NCBI RefSeq assembly: GCF_006345805.1
Contig: NC_042998.1
Span: 9,300,001-9,364,000 of the forward strand
Length of the DNA: 64,000 bases
Direction: 5' to 3'
Source of the DNA: Octopus sinensis
Taxonomy: Eukaryota
The notes beneath the pieces were generated by a model. That model saw nothing but the letters and a program-made list of their open reading frames with translations. It was not told where the DNA came from and made no database searches. Position numbers and translations under genes: made by a program. How positions within the stretch are numbered: the stretch's first letter is position 1; the number at the start of each line of letters is the position of its first letter. Of this stretch, positions 50,964 to 63,477 are shown piece by piece.

Positions 50964-51172
50964 TCCTTTAGCATTCAGAGTATTCTCTTCAATGTATTCT
51001 ATTTTCATTGTTTTGAATTAATCGTATATTATAGCCTCAAGCTTTCCATAATGTGAGTGTCTATTTTTAGAATGACATTTTTTGGTAAGTGTGAGAAGCC
51101 AGATCTAGTCAGTTTGAACATTAAGCAAGCAGAATATTTTGGCTGGATATGGCTGGCTTAGATGCTAAAGGG
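50964..51172 (+). mobile_element. TTAA MITE family D
   Basis: ttaa-tcctttagcatt ... gatgctaaaggg-tt. Confidence 0.75.
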
Positions 51173-51509
51173 TTGGATTTAATATAAGTGAATGGAAGGT
51201 TTAGGGATTGCAGAGGATACAAATAACCAGTAGGAAATTTTGTTTACTTAGTGTAGCAGTTATACTTTGAAAAGTGGTGACTAAATACTATGCGCATGAA
51301 AGTGGAAGAGAGATACTTTCTTAAAGAAGAAACTACTCGACCTTGAATATTTTGATGGCTACTTTCCATTGGGACTCAGTCTTTATAATCTAACAGATTA
51401 GATGCTCGGTTTTTATGCATGGTTGTTAAATGATTTCAAAGGAAGTGTAGTAAGCATTCTAAGGTTTGTGAGGCTACTCTTTCTTCAGTTGTATGTAGAT
51501 CTTAGTGCT

Positions 51510-51710
51510 TACTCTTTACTCTTGTTTCAGTCATTTGACTGCGGCCATGCTGGAGCACCGCCTTTAGTCGAGCAAATCGACCCCGGGACTTATTCCTTGT
51601 AAACCCAGTACTTATTCTATCGGTCTCTTTTGCCGAACCGCTAAGTGACGGGGACGTAAACACACCAGCATCGGTTGTCAAGCAATGCTAGGGGGACAAA
51701 CACAGACACA

Positions 51711-51754
<44 letters not shown>

Positions 51755-51912
51755 ACGGGCTTCTTTCAGTTTCCGTCTACCAAATCCACTCACAAGGCAT
51801 TGGTTGGCCCGGGGCTATAGCAGAAGACACTTGCCCAAGATGCCACGCAGTGGGACTGAACCCGGAACCATGTGGTTGGTTAGCAAGCTACTTACCACAC
51901 AGCCACTCCTGC
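51510..51912 (-). mobile_element. Full-length SINE family B
   Basis: Near-identical to 13113-13507; expanded (TA)n centre. Confidence 0.92.
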
Positions 51913-52990
51913 TTGTTTACATAATTTGCTTTCAGTGTAGAAAATGAATCCTTTTGTCACCAAGGATCACACTAACTGAACTCGGTTATTCCAGTAGCTT
52001 AACGATAGAAAAGTCTTTGAAGAATATGTGTATTTCCATTTACTAAATAAAGTAACAGCTTCTTAATTTAATTTACCAATTTGAAAACCTGGCTATGTAC
52101 ACTATCATTAGATCTATCTGCAGTCCTAATTTCTTTTTACACAGGAAATTATATTTTTGTATTTAAATGGCATGTGAAATCATGTTGAGCAACTATCTTA
52201 AATTCAAGAATCACGTTTTCAAAAGCATCAGCCAATTTGATATATATATATATATTTAAATAAAAAAAAAAGTGAATTTTAAAATGCTAAGGATACATTA
52301 CTTAATAGAAACTCTGAAATGAGGCAGAAGGAATCTTCTCAGTGAATTCTGTATGTATACCAGTTTGGAAATATAAGCATTCCTTTATACTGCATATACT
52401 ATACTTTTTATTTAGGTTATTCAGATTTAATTATTGTGTAAATGATAACGTATTTCATTAATCATTTGGTATGCAAGGATATGTTTTTGTGTTTTGAGTA
52501 ATTGGTTAAGTTATTGTTGTAGAGTTTTTGTTTTTTTTTTCTTCAAGGTTATCTGGTAACCTGAAAACCTTTTGGAATATGTATAGAACAAATGATACAT
52601 CATTAGTTAATGAACTATTCATCTCTTCAGTCTGTTGGAGTAGTTAATGTCAACTAATTTAGCATTAGTCAGCAATAAGGTTTACGAGAAATTAGAATAT
52701 TTTACTAAGTGAATTCCAATACTCATCAGTAATTTAAAAAATAAATTAGAATCTGCTTAAAAAAAAAAAAAAAAAAAATAGATGCTAACCGATTTAAATT
52801 GTAGTTAAAAGTTCTGACTCAACTTAATAACAGAGATGAAGAAATCTTAGTCACTAACAGATCATTATTTATTGTATTCACTAAAGTGCAAAGATGAATC
52901 ACTTCACTATTGCTTAGAAGTAAGATTTTCGTGTTTAAAGAATACAATAGTGTGGTCAGTGTTTTCTTTTTTCTCAACCTACTACTGGCA

Positions 52991-53323
52991 TACTCTTTTA
53001 CTCTTTTCAGTCATTTGACTGCGGCTATGCTGGAGCACCGCCTTTAGTCGTGCAACTCGACCCCGGGACTTATTCTTTTGTAAGCCCAGTACTTATTCTA
53101 TCGGTCACTTTTGCCGAACCGCTAAGTAACGGGGACATAAACACACCAGCATCGGTTGTCAAGCAAGGCTAGGGGCACAAACACAAACACACACATGCAT
53201 ACATACATATATACGACGGGCTTCTTTCAGTTTCCGTCTACCAAATCCACTCACAAGGCTTTGGTCGGCCCGAGGCTACTGTAGACACTTGCCCAAGGTG
53301 CCACGCAGTGGAACTGAACCCGG
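52991..53323 (-). mobile_element. SINE family B, extreme 5' end missing
   Basis: Tail and body intact; the head stops at gaactgaacccgg. Confidence 0.9.
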
Positions 53324-53875
53324 CATGTTAACCTGGCATGTTAACTTAAAAACATTGTAACGGAATTTTTAAGCTGGATAGTTTTTCTTTCTTTAGTATA
53401 TAAATCCCACCTTATGTTAAATTATAATAAAATAACAATGACAAAAAAAAAACTTCTCATTTAAAGAGAATTTTAAATTCTGCATATCTAAAACTATTCT
53501 TGGCTGGTGACTGAATGAATGGTACATTATTCTTTGACCCTGTAAACATAATACAGACATAGGTAACACATTGAGTTCAGCAAATAGTTGACATTAGTAA
53601 ATGTAATATTTGCTCCAAAAACATAATAGTATGCCAGAAAGGTTGGTGGTAAAAATGTTTCAAAAAGACTATCACATTAGTCCATTGTCAAAGTATTTAA
53701 AAATGATTGTATGCTGAAAGCAACTTTTTCATGATGTATGTACCAGATAATAATATGGTTGGTTGGATAATGGTAGTTCCATTGATTTTTAAATAATGAT
53801 ATTGAGATGTTTATCGATATGTTCAAAATTGCGATGTTATTACTGTGACTTTTCTCATTTTGCTTTTTTTATATG

Positions 53876-54262
53876 CTCTTTTACTTGTTTCAGTCATTTG
53901 ACTGCGGCCATGCTGGAGCACCGCCTTTAGTCGAGCAGATCGACCCCGGGACTTATTCTTTTTGTAAGCCCAGTACTTATTCTATCGGTCTCTTTTGCCG
54001 AACCGCTAAGTGACGGGGACGTAAACACACCAGCATCGGTTGTGAAGCAATGCTAGGGGGACAAACACACACACACACATATATATATATACATATATAC
54101 GACAGGCTTCTTTCAGTTGCTGTCTACCAAATCCACTCACAAGGCATTGGTCGGCTTGGGGCTATAGCAGAAGACACTTGCCCAAGATGCCACGCAGTGG
54201 GACTGAACCCGGAACCATGTGGTTGGTTAGCAAGCTACTTACCACACAGCCACTCCTGCGCC
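53876..54262 (-). mobile_element. Full-length SINE family B
   Basis: Head ggcgcaggagtggctgtgtggtaag; candidate TSD tatatg on both sides. Confidence 0.92.
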
Positions 54263-54562
54263 TATATGTGTAAACTTTTCTCTAATTTTATATTAAAATC
54301 TTTAAAATAAAACCACATTATTGGCATTAATTAACATACAACATAGCTAGTAGCAGCAACATATATTAAAAATTATTTCTTCTGTTCTTGTATGTTTGTG
54401 TTAATTTTCAGTAAAACGTAATTTGCATTATTATGGTTTAGGGACTTTACAATGTAGTTAATCTATAAGTTAGTCACAGAATCAATTCTGTTCAAGATTT
54501 CGAAATTTGTTTTTAAAAATATTTGCACAGTTCTAGAAAAGTATTTACGAGATATATTACTC

Positions 54563-54974
54563 GGATCATTTTGGTTTGAACGGCAGTTTTTTCTAGCGGT
54601 GTCATATGAAATTGTCACCCATAATTATGACCCTAGTATCGATCTATTGTATTTCAATCTGTTTCAGGGTTAGGGTTAGTTAGGGGTGGGGGGGGAAGGG
54701 TATCTTTTTTTCTTCACAAATGTAAACAAACCCAATCTGTTTCTTAAATGAGGGACATATTCATATGGCACAGAATGTTTTCACCTCAAATACATGTCAT
54801 TGATTGGTTGAAATTGCCAAAATTGAAGAAAATATCTTACAAACTATAGAGTTTTCTCAATAAAGCCAAGAGAAAAAGATGTTTTATAAACACATTCTAC
54901 CAGTATACGAAGTTTAAAAGTGTTTAGTTACGTGGGAATTATGTTAAAAACTGCCATTCAAACCGAAAAGATCC
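54563..54974. mobile_element. MITE with 29-bp TIRs and 8-bp TSD
   Basis: TIRs ggatcattttggtttgaacggcagttttt / aaaaactgccattcaaaccgaaaagatcc; TSD tattactc at 54555-54562 and 54975-54982; internal TTAGGG-like repeats. Confidence 0.9.
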
Positions 54975-55625
54975 TATTACTCTTTTACTTGTTTCAGTCA
55001 TGTGACTGTGGTTATTATACATAGGAATTTTCTATTAGAACTTCTTGAGACATTAGAAGCCATAATTTTACATGGATAATCTCAGTATGGAGAATTTAGA
55101 TGAATTAGTGTGAATTAGGTACATCTTGTGTACATTGTCTATTTAATGTTACATCTTAGACCCACTGGCTACCTATTTCATGAAACAGATGGTCGAAAGC
55201 AGTAGAAAATTTATAAAAAGGATTAAGAACTATAATGTAAAAAAAAAACTGTTGCACTTAATATCAAACCTGACAATCTGTTATAAAGAATGTCAGTGAG
55301 ATATATTTTTGATCAACTCCCCTCCCTCCCAAATATAAATATGCCTTTTGTAAAAGGGTAGACTTGACTGATGTTAACTGCAATACAAGTCAAGTGTTAG
55401 CCTTGGTCAACAAGTTCTCTGTTACAACTATGTATGACCAGCTGTAAAAAAACTGCTTCAAACTGCATCATTTTAATCACACCATCCCAAATCCTTTACA
55501 ATCGATTATGTTTATGTCCAATTGAAATCTAATTCTTGACAAACTTCTCTCATTCCTAAGAGTATCATCTTCATCACACATTACTGATAGTTGCAAAGTT
55601 CTTTGAAATTTTCCTTAATCATTAA

Positions 55626-56179
55626 TCCTTTAGCATTCGGATTACTCTGTTAAATTTAATGCTTGTTTAGTCACATCATTTTGAATTAATCATGCATTAT
55701 TTCATGGTTTTGAGATTTTGATTATGTAGTTGTATACATTTAGAAGCCAGCGCCGCCTTGACTGGCTTCTGTGCCGGTGGCACATAAAAAGCACCATCCG
55801 AACGTGGCCGATGCCAGCGCAGCCTTGGCTGGCTTCCGTGCGGGTGGCAGGTTAAAAGCACCAACTGATCGTGGCCGATGCTAGACCCCCATGGCACCTG
55901 TGCAGGTGGCACGTAAAAAGCACCCACTACACTCGCAGAGTGGTTGGCGTTAGGAAGGGCATCCAGCTGTAGAAACACTGCCAGATCAGACTGGAGCCTG
56001 GTGCAGCCCCTCGCTTCCCAGACCCCGGTCGAACCGTCCAACCCATGCTAGCACGGAAAACGGACGTTAAACGATGATGATGATGGTAGAGAGATTGGTG
56101 CGAGACCAGATCTGGCCAGTTTGAACATAAAACAAGTAGAATATTTAGGCCTGATGTGGTCAGTTTAAATGCCAAAGGG
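55626..56179 (+). mobile_element. TTAA MITE family D interrupted by a family C copy (55746-56085, 3 modules)
   Basis: ttaa-tcctttagcatt ... aatgccaaaggg-ttaa with a complete family C 3' part inside. Confidence 0.85.
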
Positions 56180-56767
56180 TTAACATTTAGTGAAATGCCA
56201 CCAAATATATTCACTCTTATGCTGTTGCTATATACCTCGCCCCCTTCCTCATCTCAACCTTTAAACTTGCTGTTTTATTCAGTTGCTAATATTAGCTAAT
56301 CCTACCAAACATCCACTTGCTACAGAACTACACTTTATCAAATGGAAATCTGATAAAACAAATGTTTGCTTCATGGAAGAAGACTTGCTTCCTATGAACA
56401 ACTCTCAGTTTAAAAGAAAGCTCTCTATTTCTCTCTCTCCCGTGTTTCAGTAGTTGAGTGAACAATTACAATAAAATTTATAAATTATGTAGATGGCTAT
56501 CGTTAAATTTAGCTTAGGATGCCAGTGTTCAAAAGAAAAAAGGCTTTTATCGAAATACAAGAAGCAAGTTTTGTCTCTTGAAAATAATTTTGGTAATGCT
56601 ATAACTGAATCCTTCGTGAGAGATAATTGCAGATAAGTGTTTTTGCCTTGAAGTAGCTAGGCCTTTTTCTCTTTGGATCCAAGAAACATTTGGAAAACAG
56701 TTGATTCTGGAAAGCTCAATTTTTCCTTTATTCATTGATATTCAAGGCTAAATAACCATCTTCCAAA

Positions 56768-57163
56768 TCTATATATATAAAGCTGAAGTTGTCTGTGTGG
56801 CAGGTTTGGTAGCCTTCAACTAACACTATCCCCTCAGAGACCCTACGGTGCAAGTTGACCAAAATTGAGAGTATGATAGAAGAAGGCTTGCTCTTCATTC
56901 TGTAGAAAAAAAAATTCAAATCAAACCATTTTAAGACCAAAAATTATTTACATCAAAAAGATGCTTTTTTTCTATGAAAATCCCTATTTTTTATGATTTT
57001 TTATTACTACTGTGTTGCTAATTTTCAGTGTATTTCAACCAGAAAAATGTTCACTTAAAGAGAATAACAAGCTACATAATGCAAATTTTTTACTTTTCAA
57101 AAATTCCAATTCTAAAGGGTTGAAAAGAAAACAAACCCGAGCAACGCTGGGCGATACTGCTAG
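56768..57163 (+). mobile_element. Non-autonomous Helitron
   Basis: A|TCTATATATATAAAGCTGAAG ... cccgagcaacgctgggcgatactgCTAG|T. Confidence 0.87.
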
Positions 57164-59877
57164 TCTGGTTATATTGTAATGATTCAGTCATTGGCTTGTT
57201 ACGTTATTTTTCTGCTTCCTCTGCAGTAATTATGTTTCCCCTCTACAGAATTGCTTGCTACACAGTACTCCCTTGCACACACATGCCTCATCTTTGTTCT
57301 TTACTCCTTGTATTACTCTCTCCTCATCTGATCTGGAAATTTCCTTACACATTAGGATGTATAATGTCTCCTTATATATATACAACGAAAGATATTTGGT
57401 AACTATTGTACTAACCTCTTCATTCTGTATTAGTATGAGTTTAGAGGATGAAAGCCATATTGCAATAGGAATAGCAGTTTTACTTCTGATTCACCTTATC
57501 TCAAAATTCCAAACTCCTTTAAATTATTCTTAGAGAATATCTAAGTAGAAACATGAAAAGACACTGTTTGATACTAGGCATTATCCTGGTTTGAAATCAA
57601 AGTAAGTTTTTAGAAGTCAGAAAATACATTTTGCATTATGGAACTCTGTTTTCCTAAACAAACTTCTATAAGACAAGGGAGTCCTGTATTAAATTTCTGA
57701 AGTCTGTGATAAATTTTGTTAAACGAATGAACTAAATCATTCAAGAAGCTTTTCTTACTTCTAATGACAAGGCAATGAATGATAATTACTATTTACATTA
57801 TGATTTTTTTTTTTAAAATCTCCCAAGTGTTTTTACAAAAGATGATACAGTATAAATATTTAATGAGTTTTATGCATGCTTATTTTTCCTATCATTCACT
57901 TAAAACCCCTTTTGGCACAAGCTACTTGAAAGTTCTTTATTGATTTTTGTGTAATAGCTTGTGCAGAAATATATACTTTGTATTTGTCTGAAGGGGGATA
58001 AGATGGCAGCTTTAGGTTATCTCTTATGTTCAGCATTTACATCAGTCATGTTAGTTTTTCCTTTTTGTCTCCATAATAATACATCATTCAGATAAATTTT
58101 ATTGTTTTGATTTTATTACTTTGAAAATGTTAGGTAAGGTCACCTTGTTAACAATAGTGTTGGCAATACGCAGAAAATCAACCCATCGGCTCACTTGAAT
58201 TACCATCTTGTGTTTGCTTCACTTTACTTTTCCTTTTGTTGTCTGACCTAAAGAAAAAACCTTGTAGGAATATCTAATGAATGCACCTAAGTCTTTTCCT
58301 GGCTTTGTTCATATTGGTTTTCTAGTAGATGTACCATATGTAAACCATCACTAGTTCAAACATTATGTAATACAGGGTTTTGTAGAGTGTTCTGAATTTT
58401 TTTTTTTTTTTTATTGCGGAAAGGAAATTTATTTACATCAATCTTTTTTGAAGATATAATTAATGTTTTGCTATTATTTAGTGTCATGTCGTGCTGTATT
58501 TATCTGAGTAAATTTGAATCTTTATTCACCTGTTGCAATGTATTTATCCAAGTAAAGTTGAAGTCTGTTAGAGCCTGGCCTTTCAACATAAAAATCTAAG
58601 CTCTGGCATTGAACTGATACCTATCTTAGCATGTAAAATGCATGCAATGCCACCAATATTGATGTAGCAATGACATTACATCACCCCAATGCCTTTAATT
58701 CCTTCTGTTATTCAAGAACTGCATAATTCCAGTTTGAGATATAAGTCTAGTTCATCATTTCATTTGCTTTGATATCAAACTGGAGTTGCATTTCCATGAG
58801 AAATTTTTTGGGGGTTGGGGTGATGATGAAAGATGGACTGTCTTCTTGAGAAAGGGATAGTCCAATAATTCAAAAGCTCAGTAGACATTCATTGAGCCTT
58901 TAGTTGGTGAATCTACTCTTCAACCCACAATTTCATTTGATTCTAGATAATAATGGAGGTTTTTATTGGTTTAGATTTGATCTTATCAAGCTATATGCAA
59001 GTCAGTATCACAAAATCCACTAGCATTGTCTGACTCTACTAATACTCTTGAACATTATTTCTAGCAAACACATTTCTTAATACTTACCTAATTTTCTTCC
59101 TCATTTTGAACTCTTACTTTGTCCATCACATTAACGAGCCATATTTCTTGATATAAACATGATCCATATGCTTCTGTATTCATGCTTTAATTTCTTTAGG
59201 CCATGCATGCACTGTGTGAAGTAATTTGGGTTTTATTGTTGTGTGTTGAACAATGAGTCAAGGTTGACCATACAAGCCTGGACATGATGTAGGAATGGTA
59301 GCAGTTGCCCATTCAAACAAGTTTCCCCTGTCCCTGCTCCATTCCACCATTATTATCCAGGGCAAAGAATGCTATCTCTGACTGATATAGCTTGGCACCA
59401 GTGATGCCAGTTGCCCCATTGAAGGTTTTGCTGTCAGAATGCAAAGAACCAAAACTGATATTGCAAGACATCTTATACAACACTCTAACAGTTCTGCTAA
59501 CCCAGCACCCTGGGCTGGTACTTTTTTTTCTTCTTTTTATTGACCCTTGAGATGAGGAAAGGCAAAATTAACCTCAGCAGGACTTGGCTGTGGAGAATCA
59601 TAACATATGTAGTGAGGTATTTTCTCCAATACTCTAATGATTCTGCCTAGTCGCCCCCACCTTTATATATGTATCTTCACTATATCCAGGCTACCATGCT
59701 TCAAATTTCAGTCAGTTCCTTGTCTTGTTGCTGCTGTGCCACAATGTATGTCCATCATGCAACCGAATTTCACTAATTATTGTTAAAGATTTTTTTAAAT
59801 GCACCAACTTGATATTTCTATGTTTTCTAACATCAGTTTCTCCGAGAGAGATGAAATATAAAATCAACATAATCATA

Positions 59878-60848
59878 GGTGCAAGAGTGGCTGTGTGGTA
59901 AGAAGCTTGCTTCCCAACCACATGGTTCCGGGTTTAGTCCCACTGCGTAGCACCTTGGGCGAGTGTTTTCTACTATAGCCTTGAGTGAACCAAAGCTTTG
60001 TGAGTGGATTTGATGGACAGAAACTGAAAGAAGTCCATTGTATATATAAATTATATGTATGTAGCAAGCAAGGTTTAGAATCGAAGGGCTTTAGAGTCAA
60101 TGTTGCAAAAACCAGCAACATCAAAGGAAGATTAACCGAGAAGCTAGCTTTTGTGTGCAGCAGATGCACAGGAGCAATAAACACTACAGATACTCAGAAA
60201 ATAGATTCCATCACATGCCAAGGGGAGAAACTAGAAGTAGTTAATAGCTTCCACTACCTAGGTGACCAAGTCTGGAGTAGAGGGTGGAGGCTCAGAGAGT
60301 GTTACCACTAGAATAAGAATAGCCTGGGCAAAGTTCAGAAAGCTCCTACACCTACTGGTGACAAAGGGCCTCTCGCTCAGAGTGAAAGGTAGATTGTACA
60401 ATGCATGTGTGCAAACTGCCATGCTTCACAGCAGTGAAACATGGGCTATGACTGCTGAAGACATGCGTAGGCTCAAAAGAAATGAAGCTAGCATGATCGC
60501 TGGATATGTAATGTCAGTGTGCACTCAAGACAGTGTGTAAGCATCCTGAGAGAAATGTTGGACATAAGAAGCATCAGATGTGGTGTGCAAGAGAGACGTT
60601 TGCTTTGGTATGGTTATGTACTATGGATGGATGAGGAGATCTGTGTGAAGAAGTGCCACTCCCAAATAGTGGAAGGAATCCGGGGTAGAGGGAAACCCAG
60701 GAAGATATCGGATGAGTTGGTGAAGCATGAGCTTTGAACATTGGGCCTCACAGTCCTGGGTTGGATTTTTTTTTTTTTTTTTTTTTTTTCAACTAAAGGC
60801 GGTGCTCCAGCATGGCGGCAATCGAATGACTGGAACAAGTAAAAGAAT
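59878..60848 (+). mobile_element. SINE B head (59878-~60040) and tail (~60751-60848) bracketing an RTE LINE fragment (~60050-60740)
   Basis: RTE motifs GFRVNVAKT, KLEVVNSFHYLGD, RIRIAWAKFR, KGRLYNACVQTAMLHSSETW, RRLLWYGYV and GIRGRGKPRK across frameshifts. Confidence 0.85.
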
Positions 60849-62224
60849 ATTCATCCAAACCGAAACGGTTAATAGATTTCACACATAAAGAATCATGTGG
60901 TATTTGAAGTCTCTTTACATAAGACATTCCATAATCAAATTCTCTCACTTGTTAGACTGACCTTAAAATATGTGCATATGTTACTTTTGGTAAACCAGTT
61001 TTTGTTGAAAATGTATTTTAGCAGCCTACAATCTGTTAAACATTTCAGCCAAGCAGAAAGTGCTGTGTTCTTTGAGTACTCCATATGATTGCCAAGGCTT
61101 CCTTTCAATATTTGTGTATCTTGTTTTAGCAGTGGTTAATGCTCTTAACAAATATAATACAGGAAGGCCTAGCTTGAGGAAAATAAAAAAAGGCTGTATC
61201 ATGAATATTTCCTCAAGTTTCTTTTGTTGAACTTACTGTGAAAAGAAGACACTATTTTTACAAAGTGGTGCAAGTAGCAGTATGCTGTCTCAATAATAAT
61301 CACTATCCTCCATAAAAATTGACCAGTCCAAGAAAAGATTCTAATTGCTGTGGTGGTTTTACATTCGTAATCCTCACTACTAAATGACCTAGTGTTATAC
61401 TCTCTTTTACCAGTCTACATTCCCCAAAAACGACAATTCATGAGTCTCTAACAGCTTGATTGAGCATCACATTTGATAATTCTAACTTTTTAAACAACTT
61501 CTGTATCTTTATATGCAGATTTTCAATAGTTAAACACCAACACATAACATATCTGAATAACACTATCAATATCACTTCCAGCATGTTCAATTGCTCTTTG
61601 AAACTTAGCACTGACTGTTTTAATTCCTTACAGAAGGCATGTCCCTTATAAATGACCTATTTGTATATTTTTTGGAGTTCCCTTTTTTTGTTTCAGAACA
61701 CGTACATATGTCTCTTTTAAATCCGATGAAGCAAAATCATGCCAGAAAGAGAATGAAATATTGATTTGGTATTTGGAGAAAGATAATCTGAATTAATTTT
61801 TTTTCCATTTGTACAAATGACTTTATAGTCTTTTATATAATCTCCATGTGCCTTTCACACAACCATTTATGGAACAATGCATTTACTCTCTTCTGGAGGT
61901 ACTTCTGAAAGACCTTCATTAATTAGTCTCTGTGACTGTTTTATATATGCAGGTTATGGTCTTACCTCAAAAATAACATGACCTGGTATTTCGCTTAAGA
62001 AGAATGTTGGCCTTAAAACCTCTTGATATCCCTATTTGTCTTGGATCTTCAATCTCATTAATATTGAACTATCAATATCCATCATTCCACACCAAGCAAA
62101 CCATTTTTTTTAAACATTCAGCAACAAACAAAAACAACTTTTCGGTGTCAAACTTTCCCCAAATTTCCAAATTATCAAATTGCTTTGGTTTCAGATTCCA
62201 CTTTATTAATTTTGGTTTATTAAT

Positions 62225-62930
62225 GATAATAATTAGGACATTCAACCTAAATTGGATGTGTTGTTTAGAACACCTTAACCTGCTGTAAGCATCCAGAGAT
62301 AGTATCTCGTATTGATGACCTGTACTAATTAAGCACCAACTAGATCGGCTGATGATATGGTTGTCTACACTGATGGATTGCATTACTGTATCACAGAATT
62401 TCACCATTAGTTGTGGATCATCAGCAATAGCCGGCCTTGGACCAAAATCAAGAGTGAAAATCCTTCAAACCAATATATAGTATAATAATGGCCAAAGAAC
62501 CAATGATGTTGCGAAAGCCGACAAGGCTATGAATAAATTAGCAGTTAGCAACAGTTACAAACATTGCTCCTATTACTAATAGCTAATTTATTTGTAGCCC
62601 ACTGGCTTTTCGCAACATCACTAGTTGTTTGGTCATTATCATACTACATCAGTACAATGACTTTTGCTCTGGCACTTGGTGCAAGGCTGGCTATTACTGA
62701 AGATCTGCAGCTAACAGTGAAATCACATGATGCACTAGTACCATCCACCGGTGCAAATGATCATTTTGTCAGCCAATCTAGTTGCCACTTAATTAGTACA
62801 TGTCATCAACATGAGCTAGTATCTCTGGGCATTTACTGCAATTTAAGGCATTCTAAACAACAAATCCAATTTACACTGGATGGACTAGTTATTATTTGTT
62901 GCAAACACTGCTCCTATTGCTAATAGCTAG
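62225..62930. repeat. Long diverged inverted repeat (~330-bp arms, short spacer)
   Basis: The reverse complement of ~62225-62550 aligns to ~62575-62900 (e.g. gctttcgcaacatca, cttaattagtaca, ttctaaacaaca, atccaattt). Confidence 0.85.
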
Positions 62931-63477
62931 TTTACCCATAATTAATCCAAAAGTTCTAAGGTATTAGTTATTTAATTACCAGTGTCAATTTGCACCTCAG
63001 TGTTAACACTGAGTTTTTACATTGATCACTGTTGTGTTTTTTAGGCCAGTTTTACAAATGCATTGCAGAATTTTCAATTTATTTATTTTTGTATATTTAC
63101 TTACTTTTTGTATATTTATTTACATGTTTTATACATGCAATACATTTAGAATACATTTTACTAAATGCTGGGTAATTTGATAAAGCATGCTTATATTCAC
63201 AAAAAGCAACATATTGAACTAGATCTATATTTGTTTCTATAAACATGTGACACAGGGATATCAAAACCACCCCTTTTTCCTCTCTCTCTCTCTCTCTCTC
63301 TTTTCTAGTCATCTGAAATTAAGAAATCATTTCAAGCTGTTGAATGAATTCAATGTATGCATTAAACTTTGTATCACCTGACTGAAGATACATTCATGCT
63401 TTTCTGCAGTGCTCAAATGATTAAGTAACATGAGTCTCATTTGAATGATATTGTTTGCTACACTTCGTCCTTTATTT

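Noticed and set aside
62072-62230. LEIWGKFDTEKL as a retroviral Gag-like motif
   Set aside because: Too short; the ORF runs into the non-coding inverted repeat and no other Gag or Pol motifs are nearby.
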